Source: Nemertoderma westbladi (lineage: Eukaryota > Animalia > Xenacoelomorpha). Taken from it: a stretch of 37,544 nucleotides of DNA. Below, piece after piece: positions 35,750 through 37,544 of the stretch. The DNA lies in assembly GCA_032718475.1 (NCBI GenBank), contig JAUCBJ010001199.1, positions 1 through 37,544 on the forward strand. Reading direction: 5' to 3'. The translations under genes and the position numbers were made by a program. Each line of letters starts with the position of its first letter. Within the stretch, counting starts at the first letter, position 1. The notes under the pieces were generated by a model. The model worked only from the letters and a program-made list of their open reading frames with translations, did not search any database and was not told the origin of the DNA.

Positions 35750-36283
35750 CTAATTTTAAATATTGGAATGTGCAGACAGAGTTACAAAACGAGTAGTAGT
35801 AATTTTTTAGTTAGCAATTATTTAGGTCGTTTATAACTCCGGTATATTGCAACGCCTTGTGGTCACGCAATAATTACTTGCACTCTGTTCATAATCGTAT
35901 CAAAGTTGCTTACAACAGTGCTGCTCGATTGCTATTTTCATTACCAGTACGCGGTAGTATGTCGCTGTTTTTTGGTGTGCACAGCTTGCCGTGTTTCATC
36001 CATGTGCGTCATAAATCCATAGTCAATTTGCTACCACTAATAATCTAGTATCAACAGTTGCCGTGGGAACACAGCACTGTTCAAGAATGAGATCGATGCT
36101 AGATTCCTCAATGTTATACTGATAATTTGTTAATACAGTAATACCATTTTTGTGCATTCCTTTTAGAAATTAATATTTTAGGCCCTAGTGTAGAATATGG
36201 ATGACGTGTATGTAATTAATAATTATATTGATATATATATATATATATTGTCTGGAATAAATAAATAAATAAAATAAATAAAT
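35750..36283 (+). mobile_element. 3' end of another non-LTR retrotransposon with (AAAT)n tail
   Basis: LFRSFITPVYCNALW...RIKVAYNSAARLLFSLP..SMS.FF is an ORF2 C-terminal pattern. The tail at 36256-36283 abuts repeat copy 2. Confidence 0.75.
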
Positions 36284-37514
36284 AGTAGCAGTTAGAAACA
36301 TGAATTAATATAATAGTAATAATAATAATAATCATAAAATATGTAGTTAATTTCTTCAAACTTACTTCTAAAAAAATTGAAGTGATAAAATTTGTCCTTC
36401 TTTATGATGGATGTTGTTATATGGAACCTGGCAGGTTCTACCTGCTCCGTAGCTGCATCTATTACAGCAGACTGAACCCATCCAGATATCACCCAACCAC
36501 CGCGATATCTTTTCAGTTCGTTACGGATGTGATTCCGTGCCTCATCATTAGTGACGGATTGATTGTGTCTGAGGCTATAAATAATTATTTATAAACTAAA
36601 TAACTAAATAATTTGGTACTAGGATGTTGTCAAGGATCTGAAGGTGCGAACAAGCAGACTAATGGAAATAATCACGTTACTGTGGCAGGTTATTACAACC
36701 AAAACAATTAAATAAGTCAATATCAGGGGTTTCAGTTTATATGTAAATTAATGACAAAAGATGAAACAAAGCTCTTAATAGCGTGGTAAAAGTCAGCACT
36801 TCTACAAAATACCCTATATTTCGGGCACAAAACTTACAGTGTAATAAAATGCGTTAACTAACATAACATAAGGCTTCATTATAGGTATCTGTACGCACTG
36901 ATATGGGATTTGCGTCCAGTTTCTCACCCTCTCCATATCTCGACGAGATACTAAAATATATGCCCGAGACCGATCTGATTGTGTGTATATTTACTTTGGA
37001 GTTAATGTTAATCTTTATTTGATATATATACCAAATATGTTACTTGAAGTACATCTTTAGGGAAGAATAACATCGGAAATTCAGTGTTCGAAAACATGTG
37101 TGAACAAACATAACCTACGTATATTGTTAACATTGTTCATGCATTATTTTTTTACTAGCTATTATTGATTGTCCTAACTTCATAATTATTACATAAATAT
37201 AAATTTAAAACAAAAGATAAATGCAAATTAAATCTAAAATAACCTGTTAAAAACCAAAAATAATTTTGCTAATGATGGGAAACTAATTCGAGTCTCATGG
37301 GGTTAGTGAATTTTTTTATCATTTTTGAATAGATAGATAGATAGAGAATACACCCATCTGATAATGAAAATGATACAAAAAAAATTGCGAATATGAATAC
37401 CAAATCATTTTCCATATCATTAATATGAAACACCTAATCTAATTTTTACATCATGATTTCACATCTGTCAATTTCAGTCATAAAGTCGACATGAAAAGTT
37501 ACGTTTGCCTTTGG
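36284..37514. repeat. 1.23-kb direct repeat, copy 2
   Basis: Matches 786-2023. Confidence 0.97.
36366..36574 (-). CDS. Putative coding exon of an unknown gene, open frame
   Basis: AG/GTAAGT-bounded 209 nt encoding LRHNQSVTNDEARNHIRNELKRYRGGWVISGWVQSAVIDAATEQVEPARFHITTSIIKKDKFYHFNFFR. Confidence 0.45.
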
Positions 37515-37544
37515 CATATTGCTTCAAAGGTTGAGCCACGCCAA

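Noticed and set aside
786-37514. Bracketing repeats as LTRs of a giant element
   Set aside because: No TG...CA ends, PBS or gag/pol; the boundaries are explained by LINE insertions.

Overview
AT-rich eukaryotic DNA, most likely an invertebrate animal, made almost entirely of nested transposable elements; no intact host gene can be supported. The main observation is at 2024-7860 (minus strand). An L2/CR1-group LINE (SGNH-esterase ORF1; ORF2 with a long hydrophobic leader, a 2A-like NPGP motif, APE and RT) stops right after the RT thumb and continues in frame into a 348-codon reading frame resembling a chuvirus (Jingchuvirales) nucleoprotein. This reads as an endogenous RNA-virus gene joined to the retrotransposon that probably copied it. 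Other elements: a CR1 with uninterrupted ORF2, a complete 1,039-bp Merlin transposon (perfect TIRs, 8-bp TSD), an end-truncated RTE plus short RTE 3' ends, a hAT-like fragment, a non-autonomous Helitron, a Penelope remnant with a hammerhead ribozyme core, several MITEs, a ~2.0-kb tandem repeat (about 2.8 copies), a 1.24-kb duplication bracketing the window, and a frameshifted gene of unknown family. Family assignments come from motif recognition by eye, not database searches.
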